DNA of 64,000 nucleotides from IMG/VR virus record IMGVR_UViG_3300021400_001615, positions 32,001-96,000 of that record. One strand, given 5' to 3'. This document shows positions 1 through 10,239 of this stretch, one piece after another; positions within the stretch are counted from its first letter, which is position 1; every line of letters starts with the position of its first letter. Source of the DNA: a virus (taxonomy: Duplodnaviria; Caudoviricetes). The position numbers and the translations under genes are program-made. The notes under the pieces are model-generated. The model searched no databases. It saw only the letters and a list, made by a program, of their open reading frames with translations, and was not told where the DNA came from.

Positions 1-286
1 CAAGCTGTTTGCAGTTGACATTATATATTTTTTCCATAATAGGTAGATGCCAGTTAAGACCATTCTTAGTACTCTTATCAGCAATCTGACCACAGTATGT
101 TCTGATCCCGACATAGCCGGTCGGCACGAACGAAAATGAGCAGGAAAACAACGCCACTACAACGCCAACCAACGTTAGAATTAACCACCACAATTTTTCC
201 GTTTGAAAAATCATAGCAGCACTAATGGCAATGATTGCCAAACCACCAATAAGAAACAAAACATTAACTAATCCCATAAATATCAT
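1..286 (-). CDS. SPFH/band 7/prohibitin-family membrane protein (5' part; runs off window)
   Basis: Manual translation: two hydrophobic segments, then SFVPTGYVGIRTYCGQI...GLNWHLPIMEKI; ATG at 286 with RBS. Confidence 0.7.
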   Translation of the reverse strand, partial: MIFMGLVNVLFLIGGLAIIAISAAMIFQTEKLWWLILTLVGVVVALFSCSFSFVPTGYVGIRTYCGQIADKSTKNGLNWHLPIMEKIYNVNCKQL

Positions 287-304
287 TCCTTTCTCTACTA
301 TTAA

Positions 305-1201
305 TTAAGCAACTGCTTCTCGTTTAATAACAGCAAACATATCACGCACATCATCCATTATTGGATGCATCTGATCTTCAGTACAAAGTGATGACATGCC
401 AAATTTTCCGTTTGTCAAATCTACAAACATGCTGCAAGTTCCCTCATCACCCATAAAAAACTGATCCCACTCTTCTGGTGAAAGAATTCGCTTTACATCT
501 AGCTGATCAATAGCCAGGTTATCAAATGACACTGCCTTAAAGTGATTGGGCAAGGTATCCAGCACATCATACAAGTATCTCTGACGAGCCTTTACAGTAA
601 GGTTTTCGCTGTTTTTGTAATCAATACCACGACCTTTGTCCTTGTATCCAAGAATAAGGATCTTTAAGTCATTATCCCTCAATGCTTCAATATCAGACGG
701 TCGCAGAATTCCGTTGATAGTATGGATAACAGCATTCGGATATTTCTTTACCTTGCTAATAAACTCTGATGTCGGATTTCTCAACGAGATGCCTAATCCT
801 TTAATTAATTCCCTATTAACCAGATCGGTAATCACATCTTCCTTGCGTTCAAAATGGATCTGGTTTACGGTCATGTTGGCAAAGATTTTGCGCCTCTTCA
901 ATTTCTCAAGGAAAGGAATCAGCTGCGGGTGGAGCAGTGAATTTCCATTGATAGCAATTTCCGTGTACGGATGCAGTGAATCTATGAATTTGACATTTGA
1001 CAAATCTGCTTCTGGACCATCTGGTGTTGCGTTATCATAACAATATTTGCAGCCACCATCACACCGTTTACCAATGGAAATATCAATGTTCTCCGGAAAT
1101 TCCAGATCGAACTCATCATCCATTGTCATTCGTTCTTTTGTGCCATCATTAGAATCAATAATAACTACAGAATTTCCGTTCTTATATACATATTTAGGCA
1201 T
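305..1201 (-). CDS. Radical SAM protein
   Basis: CDGGCKYC (CxxxCxxC) motif; start moved to MPKY after the RBS. Confidence 0.85.
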   Translation of the reverse strand: MPKYVYKNGNSVVIIDSNDGTKERMTMDDEFDLEFPENIDISIGKRCDGGCKYCYDNATPDGPEADLSNVKFIDSLHPYTEIAINGNSLLHPQLIPFLEKLKRRKIFANMTVNQIHFERKEDVITDLVNRELIKGLGISLRNPTSEFISKVKKYPNAVIHTINGILRPSDIEALRDNDLKILILGYKDKGRGIDYKNSENLTVKARQRYLYDVLDTLPNHFKAVSFDNLAIDQLDVKRILSPEEWDQFFMGDEGTCSMFVDLTNGKFGMSSLCTEDQMHPIMDDVRDMFAVIKREAVA

Positions 1202-1218
1202 CTCGTTATCCTTTCTTT

Positions 1219-1626
1219 TTAGCCATCGTATCCATACTGACACATCACCACAATATTTTCACCACTGGGAGTGGTATAATAATTATCATCCATCTCAAGA
1301 TCGCTGTCCTTAAACCAATCATATTTAATGAAATCATACATTTCTTTTATAAATGCTTCTTCGGGATCGTCTTCGTCATTATAATTTTCATCAGGTTCAT
1401 ATCCCTTGAGTTTATAGAAGTGAAGAACTTCTTCTTTTGTATATAGCTGACCCTGTTTAGGTTTTTCGCTTTCGGGGAAATCTTTGAATGCATCATACCA
1501 TCCGGTTTTATAATAGTACAGATTTTCATTTTCCCATTTCTCGGCCTGTTCCTCAGTCATAATCACAATATTGTGAGTGGTGCTTGAGTTAGTTTCCCAC
1601 ACATTACGTCTAATTACTCTTCTCAT
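1219..1626 (-). CDS. Hypothetical protein, ETNSS-motif paralog 1
   Basis: N-terminus MRRVIRRNVWETNSSTTHNIVI. Confidence 0.8.
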   Translation of the reverse strand: MRRVIRRNVWETNSSTTHNIVIMTEEQAEKWENENLYYYKTGWYDAFKDFPESEKPKQGQLYTKEEVLHFYKLKGYEPDENYNDEDDPEEAFIKEMYDFIKYDWFKDSDLEMDDNYYTTPSGENIVVMCQYGYDG

Positions 1627-1637
1627 ACTTATCTCCT

Positions 1638-2087
1638 TTAATCATGGCTCATGTTTATGCCAGCGTATTTGTTAAAAATAAAATTGATAATACTATCATC
1701 GTCATAACAAGAACAGAATTTCGGCTCATACTCTGGAATAACCTGATGGTTAAGACTTGGCTCTACTTTCTTCATGATCCGAATTCCCTTTGCTCCAGTA
1801 TATGCGCAGAGACATTCTTCCAAACATTGATACTGATAAAAATCGCTTAGATCCACATCCCAATGATTTAAATAATATAACTCGGTTAACAGATATGATA
1901 GCTTTACTCTTTGATCGAAGGTTTCTATTCCAACATTATAGTCGCCAAAATCTCCGAAATCAGTAACAATGTAACCATCTTTATCAATTGGCAGATAGCT
2001 CTTTTCCAAACCTTCCTTAGCAATTACTAGCGAATGGACAGCGGAACTATTCGTTTCCCAAATATTACTTCTAATTACTCTTTTCAT
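1638..2087 (-). CDS. Hypothetical protein, ETNSS-motif paralog 2
   Basis: N-terminus MKRVIRSNIWETNSSAVHSLVI. Confidence 0.8.
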   Translation of the reverse strand: MKRVIRSNIWETNSSAVHSLVIAKEGLEKSYLPIDKDGYIVTDFGDFGDYNVGIETFDQRVKLSYLLTELYYLNHWDVDLSDFYQYQCLEECLCAYTGAKGIRIMKKVEPSLNHQVIPEYEPKFCSCYDDDSIINFIFNKYAGINMSHD

Positions 2088-2111
2088 TCTTATTTACCTT
2101 CCTTTCGCATT

Positions 2112-2906
2112 TCAAGATGGTCTTTTAACATTCCATTTATATGCATAATCCTCAAATGGACATTTTCCAATATATTCTATAAATTTAATTATATCTTCTT
2201 TGGCTCCTATTCGAATTGCATATCCAGTATCATCCATTTTTTCTTTATTCATTTTTTGCAATACAGCATTAAAATGTTTTAATTGTGGTAAAATAATATC
2301 TTCTAATTCTTTTTTATTAAAACCATTTGTATATAGCATCAGTCTTTGACTATTACAGTTTTTGTAATTTATTAAAGACCCATCACCCAAATACCAAACC
2401 TTACACATTAATGGTGTTAATTTTAAATCCGTTGGTATATGTTTTATTCCATCAAAATACCATTTATTATATTCTACTGTGAAAGTAGGAGAAGCAATAC
2501 TATTATATTCATATACTTCATAGAATTTATCAGTTCTTTTATCGTATCTTTTTCTATATTTAATATATTCATTAGAAGCATAATTTATAAAATGTTTACA
2601 AACATAATCAACATGCTGAAATGATTTTGACGAATATGAAAAATTAGCATTTACTGCTGGTTTTCTCATATAACCATCGCCCAATAATGCTCCTCTTAAT
2701 ACTTCATACATCTCATCCGTCATCTATATATATGTTTTTGATGTTATATGCCATCCTTGTTGTCTCGGAGAGATTTGATATTCTTTCATCTTCATAGAAA
2801 TCAATTCTTGAGAACATCCTAGTATTTCACCACATTCACGCTATGAATATCCACGATTAATATACAAATCAATAAGTGTTTCTTTTTCAATTTCAATTTT
2901 TCTCAT
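2112..2906 (-). CDS. Free-standing LAGLIDADG homing endonuclease with N-terminal HTH; two in-frame TAG codons
   Basis: GALLGDG and WYLGDGS motifs; frame extends from 2723 through TAGs (2724-2726, 2841-2843) to ATG 2906 with AGGAGG RBS. Confidence 0.8.
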
Positions 2907-2932
2907 TTTTTCCTCCTTTTATATTCTAATAA

Positions 2933-3664
2933 TTAATTATATTCTTCGATGATAAAATCTGTGTTAATAATGCCAGATGCTTTATATTTTTCCCAATCGC
3001 ATATTTCATCACCGTCAACAACAATAATGTATTTTTTATCAACGAGGAAATCCTTCAGTGTAATTCCCTTATCCTTAATAAAGTTTTTCAACATTCCGGC
3101 ACTCTGGTGATCAATGGTACCGATGTTCGGCATTTCCATATATTCTTCTTCATTGAAAATTGCCGGATGTTCTTTACCATTTTTATCTATATAACAATAT
3201 TCCGCTCTATTATTTTTTCTATCCCAACCACTATAGATCAGATCCTTATGCATAATATCATTTCCATCCTGGTCAAGATAAAGGTCTTCTTCTTTTGTAT
3301 CAATATCAAATCCTTTAAACCCAGGTATCATTTCATAAGCTATGGATTCGAATTCCTTATACCACTTATCCCACTCCGGATCGTCTTCATATAAATAGCC
3401 AAGATATTCACACATGGCATATTTAAGTTTATCTTCGAATGACATTAGTAATCTAAATGGATATCTGCCATAACCCTCATAGATATCACACAACCTCAGC
3501 TTCCCTTTGTTGCTCAAATATACGCAATCCATTCTGTCGCAATCATCATTTGTATTCCAAACCAGCTTATCTGGATCTACTTTCCGTTTATCCTTAGTAA
3601 CAACTATCGAATGAGCAGAACTCGAATTACTTTCCCAGATACCATTTCTAACAACATATTTCAT
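2933..3664 (-). CDS. Hypothetical protein, ETNSS-motif paralog 3
   Basis: N-terminus MKYVVRNGIWESNSSSAHSIVV; later IDHQS motif. Confidence 0.8.
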   Translation of the reverse strand: MKYVVRNGIWESNSSSAHSIVVTKDKRKVDPDKLVWNTNDDCDRMDCVYLSNKGKLRLCDIYEGYGRYPFRLLMSFEDKLKYAMCEYLGYLYEDDPEWDKWYKEFESIAYEMIPGFKGFDIDTKEEDLYLDQDGNDIMHKDLIYSGWDRKNNRAEYCYIDKNGKEHPAIFNEEEYMEMPNIGTIDHQSAGMLKNFIKDKGITLKDFLVDKKYIIVVDGDEICDWEKYKASGIINTDFIIEEYN

Positions 3665-3902
3665 GCAATCACCCCATGCTTTCGCTTTAATTATTTAATC
3701 TTTGATCTATTGTTTTAATTAGTCTATCTTGGAAATCCGATTCCCTTTTTATGTCGCGTAATGTGCCAACCAAAAACCATCCGCCAACAACAATAACAAA
3801 TAGTACGCCAACCATTATTTCCACCTCTCTGAAATCCAGTTTTTAAAGTACATAACTGAATATATAAGTGTTACTGAAAACAAAATGAATTTAAAGCCGG
3901 CA

Positions 3903-4124
3903 CTATCGGCGATCAGATAGATAACTGATACGAGAATAATCATTGCCAATACGATCATTTCTATTAATTCGTCTTTTCTCTTCCAGAAATTCAAACGGAT
4001 CCCTCCAATTTACATAATCATAGCTGCCACATTCCGGGCATTTAAACAACACATGCCAATTAAACTTTCCATTTGTCCAACCACACCTGGCACATTTACA
4101 GAATCCTATAACCAAAGATTTCAT
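3903..4124 (-). CDS. Small Zn-ribbon protein
   Basis: CARC...CPEC; downstream of a TTGACA promoter at about 4185. Confidence 0.5.
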   Translation of the reverse strand: MKSLVIGFCKCARCGWTNGKFNWHVLFKCPECGSYDYVNWRDPFEFLEEKRRINRNDRIGNDYSRISYLSDRR

Positions 4125-4237
4125 TTGATATACCGCCTTAATTTATTTTTAGATATAATATAAATCAAGTTTTCGCTTATGTCAAGTTTAATTATTTATT
4201 TTTTAAATAGCCGATACTCAATTGTATCGGTAAAACA

Positions 4238-4504
4238 TCATGCCGTTAATTCTATGAGATAGTTTTCGTTTTCTATTATATACATTTCGCTGTCGTCATC
4301 ATATGTAATTAATCCATCCAAGCTAATTTCGAAGATATCATTTCCGCTACATATAACGATTTCATCGGCACCATCTTCGCAATGATCCGGTATCACAGTA
4401 ACGCTTATACCGTTCTTCATTTCGCTACCAAATGAGAAATCCATAATAATTGCCGTACCATTTTCCGCTGCCATAAACACATCTTTGATAAGTTTTTCTC
4501 TCAT
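4238..4504 (-). CDS. Small acidic hypothetical protein, possibly SOS-regulated
   Basis: ORF with AGGAG RBS; upstream promoter carries a LexA-type box. Confidence 0.65.
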   Translation of the reverse strand: MREKLIKDVFMAAENGTAIIMDFSFGSEMKNGISVTVIPDHCEDGADEIVICSGNDIFEISLDGLITYDDDSEMYIIENENYLIELTA

Positions 4505-4545
4505 TATGCAATCTCCTTTTGACAAATAATTGCCGAATTAAGTGA

Positions 4546-4651
4546 TTGCAAATAATCAATGCTATTGTTATAATGCAATTACAGAATTCGACTTTTTGGT
4601 TTGGTTTGAATTTTGTAATCAGGCTAGGTGTTGCTGCGCCTAGCCTTTATT
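4546..4651 (+). ncRNA. Putative ~70-nt antisense sRNA with its promoter and terminator
   Basis: TTGCAA(4546)-17 bp-TGnTATAAT(4569); hairpin, then AGGCTAGGTG/CGCCTAGCCT stem plus TTATT. Confidence 0.5.
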
Positions 4652-4663
4652 CATGCAACGACC

Positions 4664-4677
4664 AGAACATTTGTTCG
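4664..4677. promoter_or_regulatory. LexA/DinR SOS box
   Basis: AGAACATTTGTTCG matches Firmicute GAAC-N4-GTTC; just downstream of a minus-strand TGnTACAGT -10. Confidence 0.65.
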
Positions 4678-4744
4678 ACCGTTATTACTGTACCATATTA
4701 ATAACAAAATTACAACAGAAGATATTCACTAGTTATCAACATCA

Positions 4745-5671
4745 TTATTCACATCCATACATATCTCTTATTAATACACCATAAGTATTAAGATAGGTAA
4801 TTGCATTTTGAATTTTGCCATATCTTTTTTCGTGTTTGCTTCTGTGTTTTATTATTGCATCCTCAACCGTAATGGATTTATTATTAGCAATTTCACTTAT
4901 ATACCACATCCTTCCCGATTCGGACAACGCCTTAAATGTAAGTGAAGGCATGCCCAAGTAATCACCGCAAGTATGAAGTCTTTTACCTATGATCACCGTG
5001 TTATTTGCCCTGGTACAATTTCTTTTTATATTTCTAATAACACGATCACCATCAGTATATTCGTATTCATATGCCTTTTGATTTGCTGTTAAAGAATACC
5101 GGCTCGTTTCCTCAACAGCAACATTTATAATATGTTTCAGATCGTTAGAAATTATAATGCTGCTACCGTTGCACAATATCAATCTGTTTCCGTCTTGTAT
5201 GTCACTTAATTTTACATTGTACATACAGTTATCTTTAATTGGTATTCCCTCGAATGCCCCAAGCATTAAAAACCTGTCAGCATAATTTGGGATTTCGCTT
5301 ATAGAAGACATTAATTCCTCTTTTGTAAATAAGTTCTTGCGCAGCGCATTTAAATTTACGCACTTACATAGCATTAAGGAATTGATTTCTTCGTAATGGT
5401 TTTGGTTGTCAGATACCATTCCGTTAGAAATACACCAGTTTGTGTACATGGATAAATAATTATGGATTATTATCAGAGTCTGTATGTTTGGTGTACTGTA
5501 ATACTTATAGAAGGTTATTATCTCGTCAGAATTCCATTCGCATAGATCTCGCCCATAATCTTTTTCAAACGGTTCGGCCAATGTAAACATATCATTTATG
5601 TTGTTTGATATTGTGGCTCTTTCCATTTTCTCTTTCAAAAACTGAGCTTTCCGTTCTCTATTAAACATCAT
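4745..5671 (-). CDS. MrpR/YopR-like repressor (degenerate tyrosine-recombinase fold)
   Basis: MFNRERKxxFL N-terminus, size, and position after YopP/YopQ-like genes as in SPbeta. Confidence 0.55.
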   Translation of the reverse strand: MMFNRERKAQFLKEKMERATISNNINDMFTLAEPFEKDYGRDLCEWNSDEIITFYKYYSTPNIQTLIIIHNYLSMYTNWCISNGMVSDNQNHYEEINSLMLCKCVNLNALRKNLFTKEELMSSISEIPNYADRFLMLGAFEGIPIKDNCMYNVKLSDIQDGNRLILCNGSSIIISNDLKHIINVAVEETSRYSLTANQKAYEYEYTDGDRVIRNIKRNCTRANNTVIIGKRLHTCGDYLGMPSLTFKALSESGRMWYISEIANNKSITVEDAIIKHRSKHEKRYGKIQNAITYLNTYGVLIRDMYGCE

Positions 5672-6912
5672 CCCACCTCCTTTATCTTATTCATTATTAC
5701 ATTTACGCCCTTCTTGCGTATCATGCCGGAACTCTGCACCCTCAACAAGCTTGACTCTTCTTTTGAAAGATTGTTGAATATATTAATAATAGTATTACAA
5801 TACTTTTCTCTTGGAATATCAGAAGCAAACGTGCATATTGTTATAAACAATAATTCTTCGCTGTATTTGCCAAGGAACAATTCATTCTGCTCTGTAATTA
5901 AATTAAAATCACCAACGAGCTTATTTTTAATTTTGATTACATGGGCCATTTCCTCTTCTTTCTTCACTTTACGATCAACAAAGAAATAAGAAATCAGTTT
6001 ACCCAATACTGCATCATTAATCTTGGCATCGTTTCTTCCAATCATGCCCTGGATATTACACCCGGGATCATTATTGATTCTTTGTATAATTTTGTTTGGG
6101 ATAGAGTTTGTATTATACGAATCCGAAACAACTTTTTTCATTGGCGTTTTTTGATCTTGCTGGAATATAAAACTGTTTGCCTTTGAATTGCTGAAATTAA
6201 CCACTCTCAGTTCCATTGGGTAATCGAACTGTGGATCAAAATCATATATTTGAGACATTGCTATATATCTGTGATAACCATCATCCAGGTTAAACATATT
6301 TTTAGGAAGTGAAGTAATAGTAAGAATGTTATTGTCGAAATAGAATTCGGAACCGTCGGGCATATTCAGTGTAATTGGATCTGGAATATATGTTCCGTTT
6401 TCCATTGCATTTTTAATTTCTTTTACATTTTTCTTGCTTATGAATGGCTTGTAGATTTCAATATCACCGGATTTCATTTTCCGAAATGCTCTCTGTTCGC
6501 CTTCTTCATAGTTGATCAATCTAGCTTTCTTGAATTTCATTAATTCCTTTACGGATGTTTTGCCTATCCATTGATCAGAAGAGATTTGCACCATATCCTT
6601 TAATACTATCGGAAAATCAATCTTTTCTTCTACAAACTTTTCGTTTGATAAATATTCGATTTCGCTATCAGTAAAGTACTTTTTTAAACATTTTGGATCT
6701 ATACAATAGACAACACAGAATACTTCAAATGTAGTAAATTCGCTTACGTCCTTTTTAAAAGATATCATTTCCTCGGCAACATTAATAGGAAGATTAAACT
6801 TCTTATACACACTATCATAGACCGATCTACAATCAGAGCGTTTTGTCATCCTCTTGAATAATGTTTCCGCATAGGAATTAAGCTGCTCTCTGCTTTTTTC
6901 ACCGTATAACAT
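5668..6912 (-). CDS. YopQ-like protein with ParB/DndB-type DGxHR motif
   Basis: LDDGYHR motif; synteny. Confidence 0.6.
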   Translation of the reverse strand: MLYGEKSREQLNSYAETLFKRMTKRSDCRSVYDSVYKKFNLPINVAEEMISFKKDVSEFTTFEVFCVVYCIDPKCLKKYFTDSEIEYLSNEKFVEEKIDFPIVLKDMVQISSDQWIGKTSVKELMKFKKARLINYEEGEQRAFRKMKSGDIEIYKPFISKKNVKEIKNAMENGTYIPDPITLNMPDGSEFYFDNNILTITSLPKNMFNLDDGYHRYIAMSQIYDFDPQFDYPMELRVVNFSNSKANSFIFQQDQKTPMKKVVSDSYNTNSIPNKIIQRINNDPGCNIQGMIGRNDAKINDAVLGKLISYFFVDRKVKKEEEMAHVIKIKNKLVGDFNLITEQNELFLGKYSEELLFITICTFASDIPREKYCNTIINIFNNLSKEESSLLRVQSSGMIRKKGVNVIMNKIKEVG

Positions 6913-6972
6913 AGCTATTAAACCTCCTTTCCTTTAATTTAGCACATAAAACTTTATATTGCAAATAATACA

Positions 6973-7953
6973 TCAGATAATCATCTTACCGATAATATCC
7001 GCAGCCTTTTTAGATGCCTTTTCTTTTTGACCTCTAATATATAACCCAGTAGTTTTCGGGTCTGCGTGACCGGCACATTCCTGAGCCAAATAAAGATCCC
7101 CGGTGTCCTCGTACAAGTTTGTAATAAATGTTCCACGCATTTTATGCGGCGTAATGTTTTTTTCTTTAATTACGACTCCGTAAGATTTAACAATGTTATA
7201 AATAGTTCGCGTTGTCATTCTCCTTTTTCTATCCGAAACAAACAATGCAGTCTCGTTGTCACCGACTATTTCTTTTCTTACAGACAGCCAGTCTTTAATG
7301 TAATTCAATGTTTGCTCTGATACATACACCGACCTGGAAAGATCTCCCTTTTCCAAAACGGTTATTGAACGAGATTTCATATTAATGTTATTAATATCAA
7401 GCTTATATAAGGCTGAACATCTTATTCCAGTATTTAAAAATATTGTTATAATGGCGAGATCTCTTATTTTCCACTTGTTCTCTTTATTACTTGATTTGAC
7501 ATTATTAATAAACGTAACGATCTCATCTTTTGTCATGTAACCCTTTTCTCGCTTATCTCTCGTGGTCTGCCTTTCTTTAAATTTTGGTCTCTTAACCGAT
7601 TGCATATAATCTTCATTACAAACTCCATCTGCCTTTAAAAACGACGAGAATTTTTTAAGGGCAGAATACACATCTATTCTATACGACGAAGATTTCTGTT
7701 TTAAAGTTGACATATATTTTGTATAATTGCCAAGTTTAATTTTTGAAATATCGTCAAGCTGAACATTGTTTAAAAAATTGATAACACATCCGAGATAATT
7801 ATAAGACGCAGAATAAGACGTATCAGATAACATGAAATAATAAAAATCTTCAAGGTATGGCTTGTCATTATTATCAGCAATTCTCTTCTTGGCCGATTTT
7901 TCAAAATCGTTATTATAAACTTCAATACCTGTCATTGTAACACCTCCGTTCAT
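6973..7953 (-). CDS. Tyrosine recombinase (YopP-like)
   Basis: TGIRCSAL, TPHKMR, AGH, TTGLY catalytic motifs. Confidence 0.9.
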   Translation of the reverse strand: MNGGVTMTGIEVYNNDFEKSAKKRIADNNDKPYLEDFYYFMLSDTSYSASYNYLGCVINFLNNVQLDDISKIKLGNYTKYMSTLKQKSSSYRIDVYSALKKFSSFLKADGVCNEDYMQSVKRPKFKERQTTRDKREKGYMTKDEIVTFINNVKSSNKENKWKIRDLAIITIFLNTGIRCSALYKLDINNINMKSRSITVLEKGDLSRSVYVSEQTLNYIKDWLSVRKEIVGDNETALFVSDRKRRMTTRTIYNIVKSYGVVIKEKNITPHKMRGTFITNLYEDTGDLYLAQECAGHADPKTTGLYIRGQKEKASKKAADIIGKMII

Positions 7954-8177
7954 TATATTCCTCTTATATTTTCTATGATCTCATCAAGGCTGTCAATTGC
8001 ATCCTGTAACATATCTATCGCTTCTTCTGATTGTTCTGCCATTTCTGAGGCTAAAAGGTTTTCTGGTATATTATCATAATAATCTTGTTCTTCGAATAAT
8101 ATGTCTTCGATTTTTGATTTAATTTCTTCCGTTAAAACTGTGACATCCGATATGGCTTTTCTTCTCTGCTTATTCAT
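7953..8177 (-). CDS. Hypothetical protein
   Basis: ORF with RBS in operon. Confidence 0.7.
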   Translation of the reverse strand: MNKQRRKAISDVTVLTEEIKSKIEDILFEEQDYYDNIPENLLASEMAEQSEEAIDMLQDAIDSLDEIIENIRGI

Positions 8178-8194
8178 AATAATCCTCCATGGTA

Positions 8195-8698
8195 TTAAGG
8201 CATATAATGTTTAGCTTCCTCGTCTGTTAAATATCTGCCATCTGTTATTGAAAGAAATGGACTTATTTTACTTTCCATATTATAATATGCAAGATGATGT
8301 TTTCCGTTTATCCACATTAATTTGAATGGCTTTCCCGTTTCATTTTCAACCGGAAGCTTACATATTTTGCCATACATTTTCCACTGTGGAAAGTATTCGT
8401 AATGAAAATATTTGTCGTTATTTTTTAATTCAAGATTATCTTTTTTAGTTTTATCGGCAGTGATATTCTCATATACGCGACCAGTTTTTACACCCTGAAT
8501 TTTCAACATACCGCAATCATTGGCCATGATACATATCTCATCAGTTAATGTTGATCGCATCTTGCCATTTGCGTCATAATAATAGTTCTTGCATTCTGAC
8601 TGTGCAGCCTGTTTGCTTTCCATTGTTGTATTACTTTTCTTGATTTCATCAACACCAACAACACCACCTAACAAAAGTGTAATCAAAGTGCCAAACAA
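8195..8698 (-). CDS. Hypothetical protein with N-terminal hydrophobic segment
   Basis: ORF track; GGAGG RBS. Confidence 0.65.
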   Translation of the reverse strand: MFGTLITLLLGGVVGVDEIKKSNTTMESKQAAQSECKNYYYDANGKMRSTLTDEICIMANDCGMLKIQGVKTGRVYENITADKTKKDNLELKNNDKYFHYEYFPQWKMYGKICKLPVENETGKPFKLMWINGKHHLAYYNMESKISPFLSITDGRYLTDEEAKHYMP

Positions 8699-8713
8699 GT
8701 GAGCTTTCCTCCT

Positions 8714-8923
8714 TTACATGTAAATGACTTCGCCGTTCTCTTTTACAAAGTGATCTCGTTTACTTATTTCCTCAAATTTCCGGTCTGCCTTGCAATATGG
8801 ACACCAGATATCTTTTATGTGTCCCCTCTCCCTGTGGCTCCCATGATTTCTCATGATCGGAAAAGTACCACCGCATTCGGGGCAAATCAACATTGATAAA
8901 TCCATGAACCGCTGCTTCCTCAT
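8714..8923 (-). CDS. Small Zn-ribbon protein
   Basis: CPEC...GHIKDIWCPYC. Confidence 0.7.
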   Translation of the reverse strand: MRKQRFMDLSMLICPECGGTFPIMRNHGSHRERGHIKDIWCPYCKADRKFEEISKRDHFVKENGEVIYM

Positions 8924-8995
8924 TATATCACACCTCCGTCTTGTTTAATATACGTATCATAGAATTCATTATTTGTCAAGTACTTAATTATTTAT

Positions 8996-9304
8996 TTATG
9001 ATAATTTCCATGTTATTTCTTCCCACCCAAAACTGTCACAATAATACCAATACCAATAATCTTTACCATCATCCTTTAAGGCAATAACATCTGAAACAGA
9101 AAGCGAATGTCCACGGAAATCATTCGGATGATTAATATTGAATTCTTCCCAGAGATTAGCGAGAATGTATTTCTTTTCTCTTTCGCCGGAATACACTTCT
9201 TTATAATCGTCAATCGAGAATCCATACTTCTCAGCCTCATCCCACCCTCTGAATGCGTAAGCAGTTTTTCTTATGTCTTTCAGCTGATAAATTTTGAATT
9301 TCAT
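8996..9304 (-). CDS. YodL-like domain protein
   Basis: IYQLK...FNINHPNDFRGHSLSVSDVI. Confidence 0.75.
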   Translation of the reverse strand: MKFKIYQLKDIRKTAYAFRGWDEAEKYGFSIDDYKEVYSGEREKKYILANLWEEFNINHPNDFRGHSLSVSDVIALKDDGKDYWYWYYCDSFGWEEITWKLS

Positions 9305-9320
9305 CGTATCTCCTCCTTAA

Positions 9321-9839
9321 TTATTTAATTCTCTCAAGATCTCCGTGACATATACTACAACGCCAATTATCGGGATGTTTAACCACTTGACACATCCTGA
9401 ACTTGCCAGTCTCCACGCCGCATTTTTTGCAGCGAAGAATGTACTTGGGAACAACATAATCCGCTGCAACAGAATTGCTTACTCCTTTGTCTTCCCTACT
9501 ATCAATTCTTTTAATATTATACCCAAGTTCTCTTTTTACCTTTTCAGCCCGAAGCTGCCATCCATTGCCATGGTTAAAACAACCTGGACAAGTATGAAGG
9601 ATCTCATGGATTATAGTATTCTGCAATGCTTCAAGTGGGACCCTTTCATCCAGAAGAACCTCGGATATATTAATAGAATAGGTAGTGGGAATAGCATACC
9701 CCCTTCTCTCAATGTGGCACTGACCCCAGCGCCGTTTCGCTCTGGTATTCACCGTAACCTTAATAATTTTTCCATAGTCAATACCAATTTCATCCATCAT
9801 AACAATACAATTCTGAAAAACTTTCTGAAGATCTCTCAT
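9321..9839 (-). CDS. SprT-like zinc metalloprotease
   Basis: HEILH plus C-terminal CxxC...CxxC. Confidence 0.8.
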   Translation of the reverse strand: MRDLQKVFQNCIVMMDEIGIDYGKIIKVTVNTRAKRRWGQCHIERRGYAIPTTYSINISEVLLDERVPLEALQNTIIHEILHTCPGCFNHGNGWQLRAEKVKRELGYNIKRIDSREDKGVSNSVAADYVVPKYILRCKKCGVETGKFRMCQVVKHPDNWRCSICHGDLERIK

Positions 9840-9852
9840 TTAATCAACCCCC

Positions 9853-10038
9853 TTATTTAGATTTAAATGCCAGTGACATCAATTTCTTATGCGCTCTCTC
9901 ATACAACACTTCTTCGCTTTCGTTGCCAATCATGCTATCATTAACACTTCTGATAATAATCTGCGGATCAACAAGAAAATCTCTAGCCAGGGAACTAATT
10001 TCCTTTTTCCATTTAACGCTCTTCTTTCTTGTACTCAT
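9853..10038 (-). CDS. Hypothetical protein
   Basis: ORF with RBS in operon. Confidence 0.55.
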   Translation of the reverse strand: MSTRKKSVKWKKEISSLARDFLVDPQIIIRSVNDSMIGNESEEVLYERAHKKLMSLAFKSK

Positions 10039-10224
10039 TTAATTATCCCCCTTAATTTCATCAAGTTCATAATCATGCAACTCTTTGTTTGTAAGTTTCC
10101 TTGAATAAACAATAACATCATAATACTTGCCAGTCATATCATCTTCTCTTCTAACGAGTCCGTTCTTTGGCTGGCATCCTGGCGAAAATCCCCGGAGACG
10201 CATTCCATATTTGTATTCATTCAT
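10039..10224 (-). CDS. DarA C-terminal-like small protein (possible anti-restriction)
   Basis: YGMRLRGFSPGCQPK...Y.RKL...E..DYEL. Confidence 0.55.
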   Translation of the reverse strand: MNEYKYGMRLRGFSPGCQPKNGLVRREDDMTGKYYDVIVYSRKLTNKELHDYELDEIKGDN

Positions 10225-10239
10225 ACGTTTTCCTCCTTA

